Source of the DNA: Bacteroidota bacterium
GTDB taxonomy: Bacteria; Bacteroidota; Ignavibacteria; UBA10030; UBA8401
DNA: 50,280 nucleotides
Assembly (NCBI GenBank): GCA_030824295.1
Contig: JAVBYA010000055.1
Coordinates: 1-50,280, forward strand
Reading direction: 5' to 3'
In this document: one piece after another, positions 1-8,339 of the stretch
How positions within the stretch are numbered: the stretch's first letter is position 1
Layout: every line of letters starts with the position of its first letter
Notes under the pieces: model-generated
The model's input: only the letters and a program-made list of their open reading frames with translations
Database searches by the model: none
Told to the model about the DNA's origin: nothing
Made by a program: the position numbers and the translations under genes

Positions 1-90
1 CTCGTGCTCGTCATCGAACAGCTCGTTCCGTACGGCTCGGCCGGCATCCGCTCCCGCGCACGAAAGGTGCTGAATCAGCTCCGGAAATGA
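1..90 (+). CDS. 3' end of an upstream gene that runs off the window (...LVPYGSAGIRSRARKVLNQLRK*)
   Basis: The frame is open from base 1 to TGA at 88-90, and this stop overlaps an ATG at 87 (ATGA). The fragment is too short to identify. Confidence 0.3.
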   Translation, partial: LVLVIEQLVPYGSAGIRSRARKVLNQLRK

Positions 91-191
91 TGTTGTTTCT
101 CTCCTCATCCCTCCCTACATTGATGGGAATTTTTTTCCGGCCGTCGCATTCGCATCACCAGCGTTCCTCATCACCTTCAAAAGGTCCTGCT

Positions 192-2330
192 ATGAGATCG
201 TTCCTTCTCCTTTCACTGTTCCTCTGCGCGGCCCTTTCCGCACAGACCATCACTTCCCCCAACAAGAGTATGTCGCTCACCGTTTCGATGAGCGCGGACA
301 GTGTTCCGCACTACACGCTCTCCCTGGGTACAACGCCGGTCGTCGCTCCCAGCCGGCTCGGCATTGCCGTAAAGGATATCCCGTCGTTCCTCTCCGGGTT
401 CACCGTGGTGAAAGCAGAAACATCGCTCGTCAACGAAAGCTGGAACCCCGTCCTGGGCGAAGTGAAGACCATCCGCAATCATTACCGCGAACTGAAGCTG
501 ACCCTCCGGCAGCCGTCCGTAAAGGACCGCATCATGCTCCTCACCTTCCGTCTGTTCGATGACGGCGTCGGTTTCCGCTACGAGTTCCCGCAGCAGGACA
601 ATCTGAACTACTTCACCGTCGCCGGTGAGCGGACCGAGTTCGCACTGACCGGCGATCACAAAGTGTTCTGGATGCCCGGGGATTTCGATACGAACGAATA
701 TAAATATGCCGAAACGAACCTGAGCGGCGTGGATGCCGCGGCGTACAAGGACCGGGGAGAGATCTTTACGGCCGGCATCACAAGCAATTCCATGGTACAG
801 ACTCCCATCCAGATGAAATCGAAGGATGGTCTCTATATCAACATCGCCGAAGCAGCGCTTGTCAATTATCCCGCCATGTGCCTGGAGGTCGATACAAAGA
901 AGTTCCTTCTCTCTTCTGTTCTGGCGCCGGATGCGGTCGGAAATCGCGCCTATCTGCAGGCTCCCGCTGTCACACCGTGGAGGACGGTCATCGTCAGCCG
1001 CAAGGCGGAAGAGGTGCTCTCGTCAAAGATGATCCTGAATCTGAACGAACCGCTCGCGCTGAAGGATGTCAGCTGGATCACCCCGGTGAAGTACGTCGGC
1101 ATCTGGTGGGAGATGCATGTGGATGTCGCCTCCTGGAACTATGCCGATGTACGGAACGTGAAGATCGGCGAGACCGACTGGAGCGCATTGAAACCGAACG
1201 GACGCCACGGTGCGACCACCGCGCGGACGAAAGTGTACATCGATTTCGCCGCGAAACACGGCTTCGACGGCGTTTTGGTGGAAGGGTGGAACGTCGGCTG
1301 GGAGGATTGGTTCGGCAATTGGAAGGAACAGGTGTTCGATTTCGTCACAGCGTACCCCGATTTCGATGTGAAGGAGCTGCAGCGGTATGCCAAAGAGAAA
1401 GGGGTGAAGCTCATCATGCATCACGAGACCTCCTCTTCCGTGACGAACTACGAACGGCAGTTAGATACGGCGTACCGCTTCATGAAAGCGCACGGCTACG
1501 ATGCGGTGAAATCCGGGTACGTCGGCAAGATCATCCCGCGCGGCGAAGTGCACGACGGTCAGTGGATGGTGAACCACTATCTCCGCGCCGTGAAGAAGGC
1601 CGCGGAGTATCAGATCATGGTCAACTCGCACGAATCGGTCCGCCCCACCGGCATCCAGCGCACCTATCCCAACTGGATCGCCGCCGAAGCGGCGCGCGGC
1701 AACGAGTTCAACGCGTGGAGCTCCGGCAACCCGCCCGCGCATGAGACCATCCTTCCCTTCACCCGGCTGATGGGGGGACCGATGGATTACACTCCGGGTA
1801 TCTTCCAGATCAAGCGGAGTTTCTTCGATCCCAAACGGACGGAGCAGGTGCACACCACACTCGTCAAGCAGATGGCGTTATATGTAACGATGTATTCGCC
1901 GCTGCAGATGGCAGCGGACCTGCCGGAGAACTACGAGGCGAAGCCGGATGCATTCCAGTTCATCAAAGACGTCGCAGCGGATTGGGATGACACGAAGATC
2001 CTCGAAGCGGAACCGGGCGACTACATCACCATCGCGCGAAAGGCGAAGAACAAGGAATCGTGGTTCCTCGGTGCCATCACCGACGAGAACCCGCGCACGG
2101 CCGCTGCTTCCCTCTCCTTCCTGGATGCGAAGAAGAAATATGTCGCTACGATCTATGCTGATGCACCGGACGCACATTATCAGACCAATCCGATGGCATA
2201 CGTCATCAGCCGTCACATCGTCACAGCAAAGAGCGTCTTGAAGCTCTCCCTTGCCGCCAGCGGCGGTGCGGCGGTGAGCATCATCCCTGCAACAGCGCAG
2301 GAAGAAAAACAATTGAAACTCTACAAGTAA
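192..2330 (+). CDS. Glycoside hydrolase family 97 (SusB-like alpha-glucosidase/alpha-galactosidase), secreted
   Basis: The GH97-type N-domain signature LTFRLFDDGVGFRYEFP is present, followed by a catalytic region (GVKLIMHHET, NSHE). I placed the start at the internal ATG that gives the Sec signal MRSFLLLSLFLCAALSAQ. The ORF-track start at 87 would add 35 non-signal residues. Confidence 0.85.
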   Translation: MRSFLLLSLFLCAALSAQTITSPNKSMSLTVSMSADSVPHYTLSLGTTPVVAPSRLGIAVKDIPSFLSGFTVVKAETSLVNESWNPVLGEVKTIRNHYRELKLTLRQPSVKDRIMLLTFRLFDDGVGFRYEFPQQDNLNYFTVAGERTEFALTGDHKVFWMPGDFDTNEYKYAETNLSGVDAAAYKDRGEIFTAGITSNSMVQTPIQMKSKDGLYINIAEAALVNYPAMCLEVDTKKFLLSSVLAPDAVGNRAYLQAPAVTPWRTVIVSRKAEEVLSSKMILNLNEPLALKDVSWITPVKYVGIWWEMHVDVASWNYADVRNVKIGETDWSALKPNGRHGATTARTKVYIDFAAKHGFDGVLVEGWNVGWEDWFGNWKEQVFDFVTAYPDFDVKELQRYAKEKGVKLIMHHETSSSVTNYERQLDTAYRFMKAHGYDAVKSGYVGKIIPRGEVHDGQWMVNHYLRAVKKAAEYQIMVNSHESVRPTGIQRTYPNWIAAEAARGNEFNAWSSGNPPAHETILPFTRLMGGPMDYTPGIFQIKRSFFDPKRTEQVHTTLVKQMALYVTMYSPLQMAADLPENYEAKPDAFQFIKDVAADWDDTKILEAEPGDYITIARKAKNKESWFLGAITDENPRTAAASLSFLDAKKKYVATIYADAPDAHYQTNPMAYVISRHIVTAKSVLKLSLAASGGAAVSIIPATAQEEKQLKLYK

Positions 2331-2357
2331 CCATCACATTCACACAAAGGACATGAT

Positions 2358-2840
2358 ATGAAGATCGAAAAGGACAGGGTCGTATCCATCGAATATACAT
2401 TGCGGGATGATGCGGGGACCGTGTTGGACACCTCCGAAGGACGCGAACCGCTCGCGTATCTGCACGGCAACGGCAACCTCATTCCCGGCCTCGAAGCGCA
2501 GTTGGAAGGTCACGGCGCGGATGAGTCGCTGAAGGTCGCCGTCGCTCCGGCGGACGGATACGGCGAGTTCGATGCATCACAGGTGATCGATGTCCCGCGC
2601 AGCCAGTTCACCGGCGTGCCGGACCTTGCGGTCGGCATGCAGTTCACAGCGTCCGGACCCGAAGGGCAGCGCGTTGTCACCATCACCAAAGTCGGTCTCG
2701 AGACCGTCACGGTGGACGGGAACCATCCGCTGGCAGGACAAACGCTCAACTTCGATGTGAAGATCGTCGGCGTACGCGAAGCGAGTGCCGATGAGCTCAG
2801 CCACGGCCATGTGCACGGAGCCGGCGGTCATCATCATTGA
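2358..2840 (+). CDS. slyD: FKBP-type peptidyl-prolyl cis-trans isomerase SlyD with a His-rich tail
   Basis: The protein is SlyD-like along its full length (MKIEKDRVVSIEYTLRDD..., YLHGNGNLIPGLEAQLEGH, VDGNHPLAGQTLNF). The C-terminus is HGHVHGAGGHHH. Confidence 0.93.
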   Translation: MKIEKDRVVSIEYTLRDDAGTVLDTSEGREPLAYLHGNGNLIPGLEAQLEGHGADESLKVAVAPADGYGEFDASQVIDVPRSQFTGVPDLAVGMQFTASGPEGQRVVTITKVGLETVTVDGNHPLAGQTLNFDVKIVGVREASADELSHGHVHGAGGHHH

Positions 2841-2870
2841 ACGACCGAGACTGATGCAGTTACACAACGA

Positions 2871-2897
2871 CCCCGAGCCTTCTTCGGGGTTTTTTTA
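2871..2897 (+). terminator. Rho-independent terminator after slyD
   Basis: CCCCGA...TCGGGG hairpin followed by a T7 run. Confidence 0.8.
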
Positions 2898-2899
2898 TA

Positions 2900-3312
2900 T
2901 TCTGGAACAACAGAGCCACAGAGAACACAGAGAAGAATTGTGAAACTGTGGAATTGGGGAACTGGGGAATTGTAGAACTGCGAAAATATTAAACTGTCGA
3001 ATGTGTTTTGATATTTGATCATTGCTCCATTGTTCATTGGTTCTTGCGCGTCGACCTTGTGGGTTTGGGATTTGGGGTTTGTCATTTGGAATTTTGATGC
3101 TTGTTTTCCGTGCCTTTGTGCCTCCGTGGTTCAGCTCCTTTGCGTTTGTTCCCGCGCATCGACCTTGCTGGTTTGGTGTTTGGGGTTTGTCATTTGGAAT
3201 TTGATAATTGCTCCATTGTTCATTGTCAATTGTCCATTGTTTTTCCCGCGTCGACCCTGTTAGTTTGGAATTTGGGTTTTGTTATTTGGGATTTATTCTT
3301 TGGAATTTGACA
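2900..3312. repeat. Composite intergenic repeat array (motif X three times, motif Y twice)
   Basis: Motif X is GCGC(G/A)TCGACC(T/C)TG followed by the G/T-rich stretch GGTTTGG.TTTGGGGTTTGTCATTTGGAATTTGAT. Copies lie at 3046-3098, 3154-3206 and 3248-3312. Motif Y is TTTGAT(A/C)ATTGCTCCATTGTTCATTG, at 3014-3039 and 3200-3225. Short tandem duplications also occur at 2920-2990. Confidence 0.85.
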
Positions 3313-3329
3313 ATCTTTACGATTCTCAC

Positions 3330-3358
3330 TTGACAATCCATTCCTCCCTCCCTAGATT
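3330..3358 (+). promoter_or_regulatory. Sigma70-like promoter for the VOC/SnoaL block
   Basis: TTGACA (3330-3335), a 17-nt spacer, then TAGATT (3353-3358), about 45 nt upstream of the ATG at 3404. Confidence 0.4.
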
Positions 3359-3403
3359 CTTCCAGTTCCATTCACGATCATCATCCATCATCACGGGAGC
3401 ACC

Positions 3404-3787
3404 ATGAACGCCAACGCCAATACCCTCAACTGGTTCGAGATCAGCGTGACGGATATGCCGCGCGCCAAGAAGTTCTATGAGTCCATCTTCGATATCACGA
3501 TGCAGAACTGGGATATGCCGGGATTCGAGATGGTGGTCTTCCCCGCCGACCCCGGCAACGGCAAGGTCTCCGGCGCACTCGTCAAGAGCGAGATGCATAT
3601 CCCCAGCATGGAGGGTTCCATCATCTATCTGAACGGTGATCCGGACCTGAGCGCTGCGCTGGACCGTGTGGAGGCGGCCGGGGGAAAAGTGCTGATGCCG
3701 AAGACACATATCTCGGATGAGATCGGTTACATGGCATTCTTTGCAGACAGCGAAGGGAACCGTATGGCGCTGCATTCCAACCATTAA
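3404..3787 (+). CDS. VOC (glyoxalase/bleomycin-resistance/dioxygenase) family protein
   Basis: The size (127 aa) and the N-terminal motif LNWFEISVTDMPRAKKFYESIF are typical of single-domain VOC proteins. Confidence 0.75.
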   Translation: MNANANTLNWFEISVTDMPRAKKFYESIFDITMQNWDMPGFEMVVFPADPGNGKVSGALVKSEMHIPSMEGSIIYLNGDPDLSAALDRVEAAGGKVLMPKTHISDEIGYMAFFADSEGNRMALHSNH

Positions 3788-3808
3788 CGCTAGAACGAAA
3801 AGGACCTT

Positions 3809-4258
3809 ATGATGAAATATTTGATGATCGCTATATCGGCCCTGTTCGTCTCCACGATAGGATGCGGAACAGGAACGAATTCTGGGCAGGAAACGATGGA
3901 AAAGAACATCAGCATCGTCAAGGATGTCTACCGGCATTTCAACGCGCACGACTGGCGTGCTATGGCGGCGCTGTACAGCGATTCGGCGGAATTCAAGGAC
4001 CCGTCGTTCGGCACCGGTATCGTCCGTCAATCCCGCCGGCAAACCGAAGAGAAGTATGCAGCATTGCAGCGGATGTTCCCCGATCTGCGGGATGATGTTG
4101 TACAGATCTATCCCTCCGGCACCGATCATGTCGTGGTGGAGTTCGTCTCCTCAGCCACCGCACCGGATGGTCAGCGCTTCACCCTGCCGATCTGCACCAT
4201 CTTCGAACTGCAGAACGGGGTTATCGTGAAGGATTTCACGTACTACGACAACCAGTAG
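3809..4258 (+). CDS. SnoaL-like / NTF2-fold protein, exported (possible lipoprotein)
   Basis: N-terminal signal ending in IGC. The core (VKDVYRHFNAHDWRAMAALYSDSAEFKDPSFG) resembles SnoaL/ketosteroid-isomerase-like proteins. Confidence 0.65.
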   Translation: MMKYLMIAISALFVSTIGCGTGTNSGQETMEKNISIVKDVYRHFNAHDWRAMAALYSDSAEFKDPSFGTGIVRQSRRQTEEKYAALQRMFPDLRDDVVQIYPSGTDHVVVEFVSSATAPDGQRFTLPICTIFELQNGVIVKDFTYYDNQ

Positions 4259-4366
4259 TCCTTTGCCGATTTTCGCTGTTTCTTTTCTCGGGATTTTGGG
4301 ATATCATGGATGTATCGGTGCTGCTGTTCGGCACCGGTACGACTGTGAACATCCCCGGGAGACGGC

Positions 4367-5236
4367 ATGCAGGATATCCGCAATGAGATCCAGAACATCA
4401 ACGAGATCGTACCGATACCTTCCACTGTAACACTCATCCTTTCCCACTCCCTGCAGGGGGAGATGGCCAACAGCAAGCTCATCCAGCTGGTCGATGCAGA
4501 TTCCGTTCTGACCGCCCTCGTGCTCCGTGCCGCAAATTCGGCATTCTACAGTATCCGCGCCGGCGTTGCCACCGTCTCACATGCCGTCACAATGCTGGGA
4601 TATGCCGAGGTGAGCCGGCTGGTGCTCACTTATGAACTCCGGCAGCGCGTATTCGCCCTCAATCCGCAGCAACGCGATTTCCTGAACCGTCTCTGGCTCC
4701 ACAGTCTCTGCACCGCCACCACCGCCCGAATCATCGCCAAGTATCTTCGTCATACCACTATCGGTGAGGAGTTCACCGCCGGCCTGCTGCATGACATGGG
4801 AAAGATCGTCCTGGCGCAGCATTATTCCTTCTCGCTGCTCAAGGTACGCGAGATGATCGATGAGCTGTTCCTCTCCGATCTGGAAGCGGAACAGCAGCTC
4901 TTTGCGATGGGACACGATGAGATCGGCGAATATCTGGGGAAGAACTGGAGACTGCCGGATGTGATCACCGATGTGATGCGCTACCATCACGATCCCGCAC
5001 ACGACGGACCGCACCGCATCATCACCTCCATCGTCCGCTGCGCGGACCTGCTCGCGGAACAATGGAACCTCGGCATCACCGAGCGCAGCGCTCCGGCCGT
5101 GATCGCGGAAGATCCCTGCTGGCAGGTGCTGACCGAACACTTCCCCGCGCTCGCTGCAGAGTCATTCGACTCGTTCGAAGAGAACATCCGGATGGAATTC
5201 GAGAACAATCTTGCGTTCTCGGAGTTGTTCAGCTGA
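4367..5236 (+). CDS. HDOD domain signalling protein
   Basis: HDOD hallmarks are present: LPIPSTVTLIL, VLRAANSAFY, AVTMLGY, GLLHDMGKIVL, HDEIGEYL. Confidence 0.8.
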   Translation: MQDIRNEIQNINEIVPIPSTVTLILSHSLQGEMANSKLIQLVDADSVLTALVLRAANSAFYSIRAGVATVSHAVTMLGYAEVSRLVLTYELRQRVFALNPQQRDFLNRLWLHSLCTATTARIIAKYLRHTTIGEEFTAGLLHDMGKIVLAQHYSFSLLKVREMIDELFLSDLEAEQQLFAMGHDEIGEYLGKNWRLPDVITDVMRYHHDPAHDGPHRIITSIVRCADLLAEQWNLGITERSAPAVIAEDPCWQVLTEHFPALAAESFDSFEENIRMEFENNLAFSELFS

Positions 5237-5556
5237 TAGGTAGTGTTACTCTAAAGGAGGAGTAGGGTTTTGAAAGGAGGTATTAGGTGTTGGGTACTAG
5301 GTACTAGCCCATGATTCACGGTCTACATTTCAATCTTGGTGGTTTGGAATTTGTTGTTTGATAATTGTTCCATTGTTCACTGTTCATTATCAACCGGTCT
5401 TTTATTCTTTATCTGCTTTTCTCTGCGACATCACTCTTCTGCATTCTCTCCTGCGCATCGATCTTGCTCAATTGTCCATTGTCAATTGTCAATTGCTCCT
5501 CGCGCGTCGACCTTGGAACATTGAGCCGATGATCCATTGACTCAATGAATCAATCC
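5237..5556. repeat. Second locus of the same intergenic repeat family (X/Y motifs plus a CAATTG/CATTGA-rich tail)
   Basis: Motif Y is at 5357-5382, with 2 mismatches to 3200-3225. X cores GCGCATCGA and GCGCGTCGACCTTGG begin at 5453 and 5502. CAATTGTCCATTGTCAATTGTCAATTG is also present. The tail at 5528-5556 is related in inverted orientation to 6571-6610. Confidence 0.8.
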
Positions 5557-5565
5557 CAATAGTTT

Positions 5566-6477
5566 TTAGAACACACTCACGTTTACATATCTCTGCGGAT
5601 TCGCCTTCAGGTCCTTCACCAGCGCGTTGATGTTCAGCACCATCGAATCGAGATGCGTGTACAGCCGGTCATCCCGCATCAGCTTCCCGATCGTCCCGTC
5701 CCCGCGGTCCAGCCGCTTGAACACATTGTCGATCGACTCGCTCGCATCGCGGAACTTCAGCGACGCTTCTTCCATCGTCTTGGCGGTCACGCGGATGCTC
5801 TTCACGCCGTCGTCGATGTTCCCTTTCTGTGAAGAGGCGATGGTATCCAGGTGTTTCGCGAATTTTCCCATATCCTCCGAGAATTCCGCGAAATTCCCCA
5901 CCGCATAGTTCAGATGGCCTCCCTGCTGCTGGATCACCTGCTGCAGGTCCTGCGCGGCGCGGTTCAGCTCGAGCAGGATGTTCTGGATGTTCCGCCGCGT
6001 GGGATCGTCGAACGTGGTGTTCACCCGCTCCAGGATGCCGAGGACGTTGCTGGAGATCGGCGAGAGGGTCGATGTCAGTTCCGTCAGATCCGCTTCGTAT
6101 GCTCCGGTCAACGTGTCGCCGTCCCGCAATATCTCCGGACTCATCCCCGGGGTGATGGCGATCTGCTTTCCCCCCATGATGCTGGCGGATTTGATGAACG
6201 CTTTGGAGTCCTTCGCGATATTCACTTTGTTATCCACCTGGATCCCCACCGCGATCACGTTCCCCGCCAGACGCATATCCTGCACCTTGCCGATGTTCAG
6301 TCCGGCGATGGTAATGGGGCTCCCCTCGGTCAGTCCGTTCACGTTGCTGTAAAAGAGTGTGATGCGGTACTCTTTGGAGCGGAAATCCAATCCCTTCAGG
6401 AAGATGATCCCTCCCACCAGGATGATCACCGCAAAGAAGACCGCAATGCCGATCTTTGCTTCATTCGTCAGATTCAT
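5566..6477 (-). CDS. mlaD: MlaD/MCE-domain protein (outer-membrane lipid asymmetry ABC system, substrate-binding component)
   Basis: An N-terminal TM segment is followed by an MCE domain (YRITLFYSNVNGLTEGSPITIAGLNIGKVQDM). The gene lies downstream of mlaE-mlaF. Confidence 0.85.
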   Translation of the reverse strand: MNLTNEAKIGIAVFFAVIILVGGIIFLKGLDFRSKEYRITLFYSNVNGLTEGSPITIAGLNIGKVQDMRLAGNVIAVGIQVDNKVNIAKDSKAFIKSASIMGGKQIAITPGMSPEILRDGDTLTGAYEADLTELTSTLSPISSNVLGILERVNTTFDDPTRRNIQNILLELNRAAQDLQQVIQQQGGHLNYAVGNFAEFSEDMGKFAKHLDTIASSQKGNIDDGVKSIRVTAKTMEEASLKFRDASESIDNVFKRLDRGDGTIGKLMRDDRLYTHLDSMVLNINALVKDLKANPQRYVNVSVF

Positions 6478-6570
6478 ATCGTTGCACCTTCTTGTCGCGC
6501 GGATGATACCCGCTGCGATGGTAGCAGAACAGTTGTTGTGATCGTTGTATCCTTTTTGGTATTTTTTTGT

Positions 6571-6610
6571 TTGAATTGAATCAATGGATCATTGATTCAA
6601 TGATTCAATT
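6571..6610. repeat. CATTGA/CAATGA-rich repeat between mlaF and mlaD
   Basis: The sequence is TTGAATTGAATCAATGGATCATTGATTCAATGATTCAATT. It contains TCAATGGATCAT (6581-6592), the exact reverse complement of ATGATCCATTGA (5529-5540). Confidence 0.7.
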
Positions 6611-6615
6611 TCTTT

Positions 6616-7347
6616 CTATGTCTCTATCTCACTCTCGATATACTTCCTCACCTCCGGATTCGGACTATTCCTGATATCGTCCTTCGTGCCGGTCATGATG
6701 AATTGTCCGTTCTCGAAGATGGCGAACCGGTCCCCGATGACGAACGCGCTGTGGATGTCGTGCGTAACGACGATGGAAGTGACGCCGAGCGTCGTCTTGA
6801 GTTCGTTGATGAGCAGGTTGATGCCGTCCGCCGTTTCCACGTCCAGTCCGGTGGTCGGTTCATCGTACAGCATGTACTTCGGCGTGAGCGCGATGGCGCG
6901 GGCAAGGCCCACCCGCTTCTTCATGCCGCCGGAGATGTTGGAGGGCATCAGTTGTTCCACATTCTTCAGCTTCACCAGCTCCAGCGCATACTGCACACGC
7001 TCTTCGATGTCCGCATCCTTGAAATCGCTGTGCCGGCGAAGCGCCAGCTCGATGTTCTGCCCGACGGTCATGGAATCGAACAGCGCCGCCCCCTGGAACA
7101 GGAATCCGAACTTGAAGCGGAGCCGCTGCAGCTGTTTGTAGGTAAGGGTGGTGACCTCTTTCCCGTCCACCACGATGGAGCCGCTGTCCGGCTTCAACAG
7201 GCCGATGATCATCTTCAGCAGGACGCTCTTCCCGCCGCCGCTCCGCCCGAGGATCACCAGCGTTTCATGGTCCCGCACCTCCAGGTTCACTCCCTGGTGC
7301 ACCTGTTTCTCGCCGAACCGTTTCCATATGTTGGTCAGCTGGATCAT
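6616..7347 (-). CDS. mlaF: ABC transporter ATP-binding protein MlaF
   Basis: Walker A (GRSGGGKS), the ABC signature (ISGGMKKRVGLARA) and Walker B (MLYDEPTTGLD) are present. I placed the start at MIQLTNIW, whose ATG overlaps the mlaE stop (ATGA at 7344-7347). The 62-codon upstream extension in the track is rejected. Confidence 0.9.
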   Translation of the reverse strand: MIQLTNIWKRFGEKQVHQGVNLEVRDHETLVILGRSGGGKSVLLKMIIGLLKPDSGSIVVDGKEVTTLTYKQLQRLRFKFGFLFQGAALFDSMTVGQNIELALRRHSDFKDADIEERVQYALELVKLKNVEQLMPSNISGGMKKRVGLARAIALTPKYMLYDEPTTGLDVETADGINLLINELKTTLGVTSIVVTHDIHSAFVIGDRFAIFENGQFIMTGTKDDIRNSPNPEVRKYIESEIET

Positions 7348-8153
7348 AGCAGCACCGAGGCCAGGACGAAATCCATCACCACGACGGAAAGACAGGTGAC
7401 CACGACGGAGTTCATCGTTGCTTTGCCGACCCCTTCGGAGCCCCCCTGCACCTGGAATCCCTGATAGCACGAGACCGACGTGATGATGAACCCGAAGACC
7501 GTTGCTTTGATGATGCCGAAGAACGCATCCCATGTTTCGAACGAGCTCTGCATGCCGTCCACGAACGCTTCCACCGGAATGCCGGCGATGACCGATGCAC
7601 CGAACATACCGCCGAGGATCGCCACCAGGTCACCGAAGATCACCAGAATGGGGAACATCAGGATACCGGCCAGCACACGCGGGGTGATAAGGAACGAGAC
7701 CGGATCGAACGCCAGCGCTTCCAATGCGTCGATCTGTTCGGTCACTCGCATCGTGCCGAGCTCCGCGGTGATGGTCGCTCCCACTTTTCCCGCCAGCACC
7801 AGCGCGGTGAGGAGCGGCGTCAGTTCCAGCAGGACGGACTTGGTCACCAGCGCGCCGACCACAGAGCGCGGGATCCAGTCATAGAGCTGATAGGAGGATT
7901 GCACGGAAGTGACCATGCCGACGAACATCGAGACGAACAGGACGATCGGGATGGAATTATTGCCGATCATCACCATCTGCTGCATGATGTTGCCGGAATA
8001 TTCCTTGGCGTTGCGGAAGTTGTACAGCATCCAGCCGATGATGCTCATGTACCGGCCGAGATGTTCAAAGAAGTTGAGAATGGACCTGCCGGGACGGTGG
8101 AATAGTCCGGCAACGCGTTCTATCAGGGAAGGATCGTTCGTGGTTTCGGTCAT
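7344..8153 (-). CDS. mlaE: MlaE-family ABC transporter permease
   Basis: A polytopic permease whose length and motifs are MlaE-like (GALVTKSVLLELTPLLTALVLAGKVGATITAELGTMRVTEQIDALE). Confidence 0.9.
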   Translation of the reverse strand: MTETTNDPSLIERVAGLFHRPGRSILNFFEHLGRYMSIIGWMLYNFRNAKEYSGNIMQQMVMIGNNSIPIVLFVSMFVGMVTSVQSSYQLYDWIPRSVVGALVTKSVLLELTPLLTALVLAGKVGATITAELGTMRVTEQIDALEALAFDPVSFLITPRVLAGILMFPILVIFGDLVAILGGMFGASVIAGIPVEAFVDGMQSSFETWDAFFGIIKATVFGFIITSVSCYQGFQVQGGSEGVGKATMNSVVVTCLSVVVMDFVLASVLL

Positions 8154-8223
8154 TCTTCAGTGGGTAATTAAGTGCTGTCAATATGAAGAAAGTCCGAGGG
8201 AAAATCAAGAAAACCGAGGTATT

Positions 8224-8274
8224 TGTAACCTTGCGAAGGTTGAACGTACGGCGCGCTGTAACCTTTGCAAGGTT
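8224..8274. repeat. Twin small hairpin repeats
   Basis: TGTAACCTTGCGAAGGTT (8224-8241) and TGTAACCTTTGCAAGGTT (8257-8274) each form an AACCTT/AAGGTT stem. They are separated by a CGTACG/GCGCGC palindrome-rich spacer. Confidence 0.7.
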
Positions 8275-8293
8275 TCCCGAGCTTTAATGATAG

Positions 8294-8339
8294 ACCCTGA
8301 ATCGCCGGCAGACAAGGAGTGAGAGCCGGTGTTCAGGGT
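8294..8339. other. Extended stem-loop in the mla upstream / bPH downstream intergenic region
   Basis: ACCCTGAA-CGCCGGC ... GCCGGTG-TTCAGGGT gives about 15 paired positions with a 15-nt loop. Confidence 0.6.

Noticed and set aside
87-191. N-terminal extensions in the ORF track. Examples are GH97 87..191, mlaF 7348..7533, paralogue 2 15359..15646, DUF721 23394..23606, kdpC 34761..34856, kdpA 38646..38750, MauE-like 47907..48101 and Yip1-like 48602..48796.
   Set aside because: In each case an internal ATG gives a proper signal peptide or conserved N-terminus, usually with an SD site or an ATGA overlap. The upstream codons overlap the neighbouring gene or are low complexity.
3015-3310. ORFs of 60-82 aa inside the repeat arrays (3015..3263, 3022..3204 and 3101..3310, plus 5336..5524 and 5358..5540).
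   Set aside because: All three frames are open only because the repeats are G/T-rich. The products are repetitive (WVWDLGFVIWNF-like) and overlap one another.
2900-3312. The possibility that the repeat array is a CRISPR array.
   Set aside because: The repeats are degenerate, of unequal length and irregularly spaced (about 107 and 94 nt). The would-be spacers contain other repeated motifs. No cas genes are present.
3404-5236. The idea that the repeat-flanked block is a mobile element or genomic islet.
   Set aside because: No transposase, integrase, tRNA target or target-site duplication is present, and I see no compositional break by eye. It is kept only as a low-interest structural finding.
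5237-5330. Two AAAGGAGG motifs after the HDOD stop, suggesting a hidden small ORF.
   Set aside because: The only frames that follow are 6-14 codons long with non-ATG starts, and they sit inside tandem duplications (GGTACTAGGTACTAG). They are more likely part of the repeat region.
5557-6570. The idea that mlaD is an invertible, phase-variable segment because of the flanking inverted repeats.
   Set aside because: The inverted repeats are short and low-complexity, no site-specific recombinase is in the window, and inverting the segment would simply inactivate the operon. It is kept only as a remark within the repeat finding.
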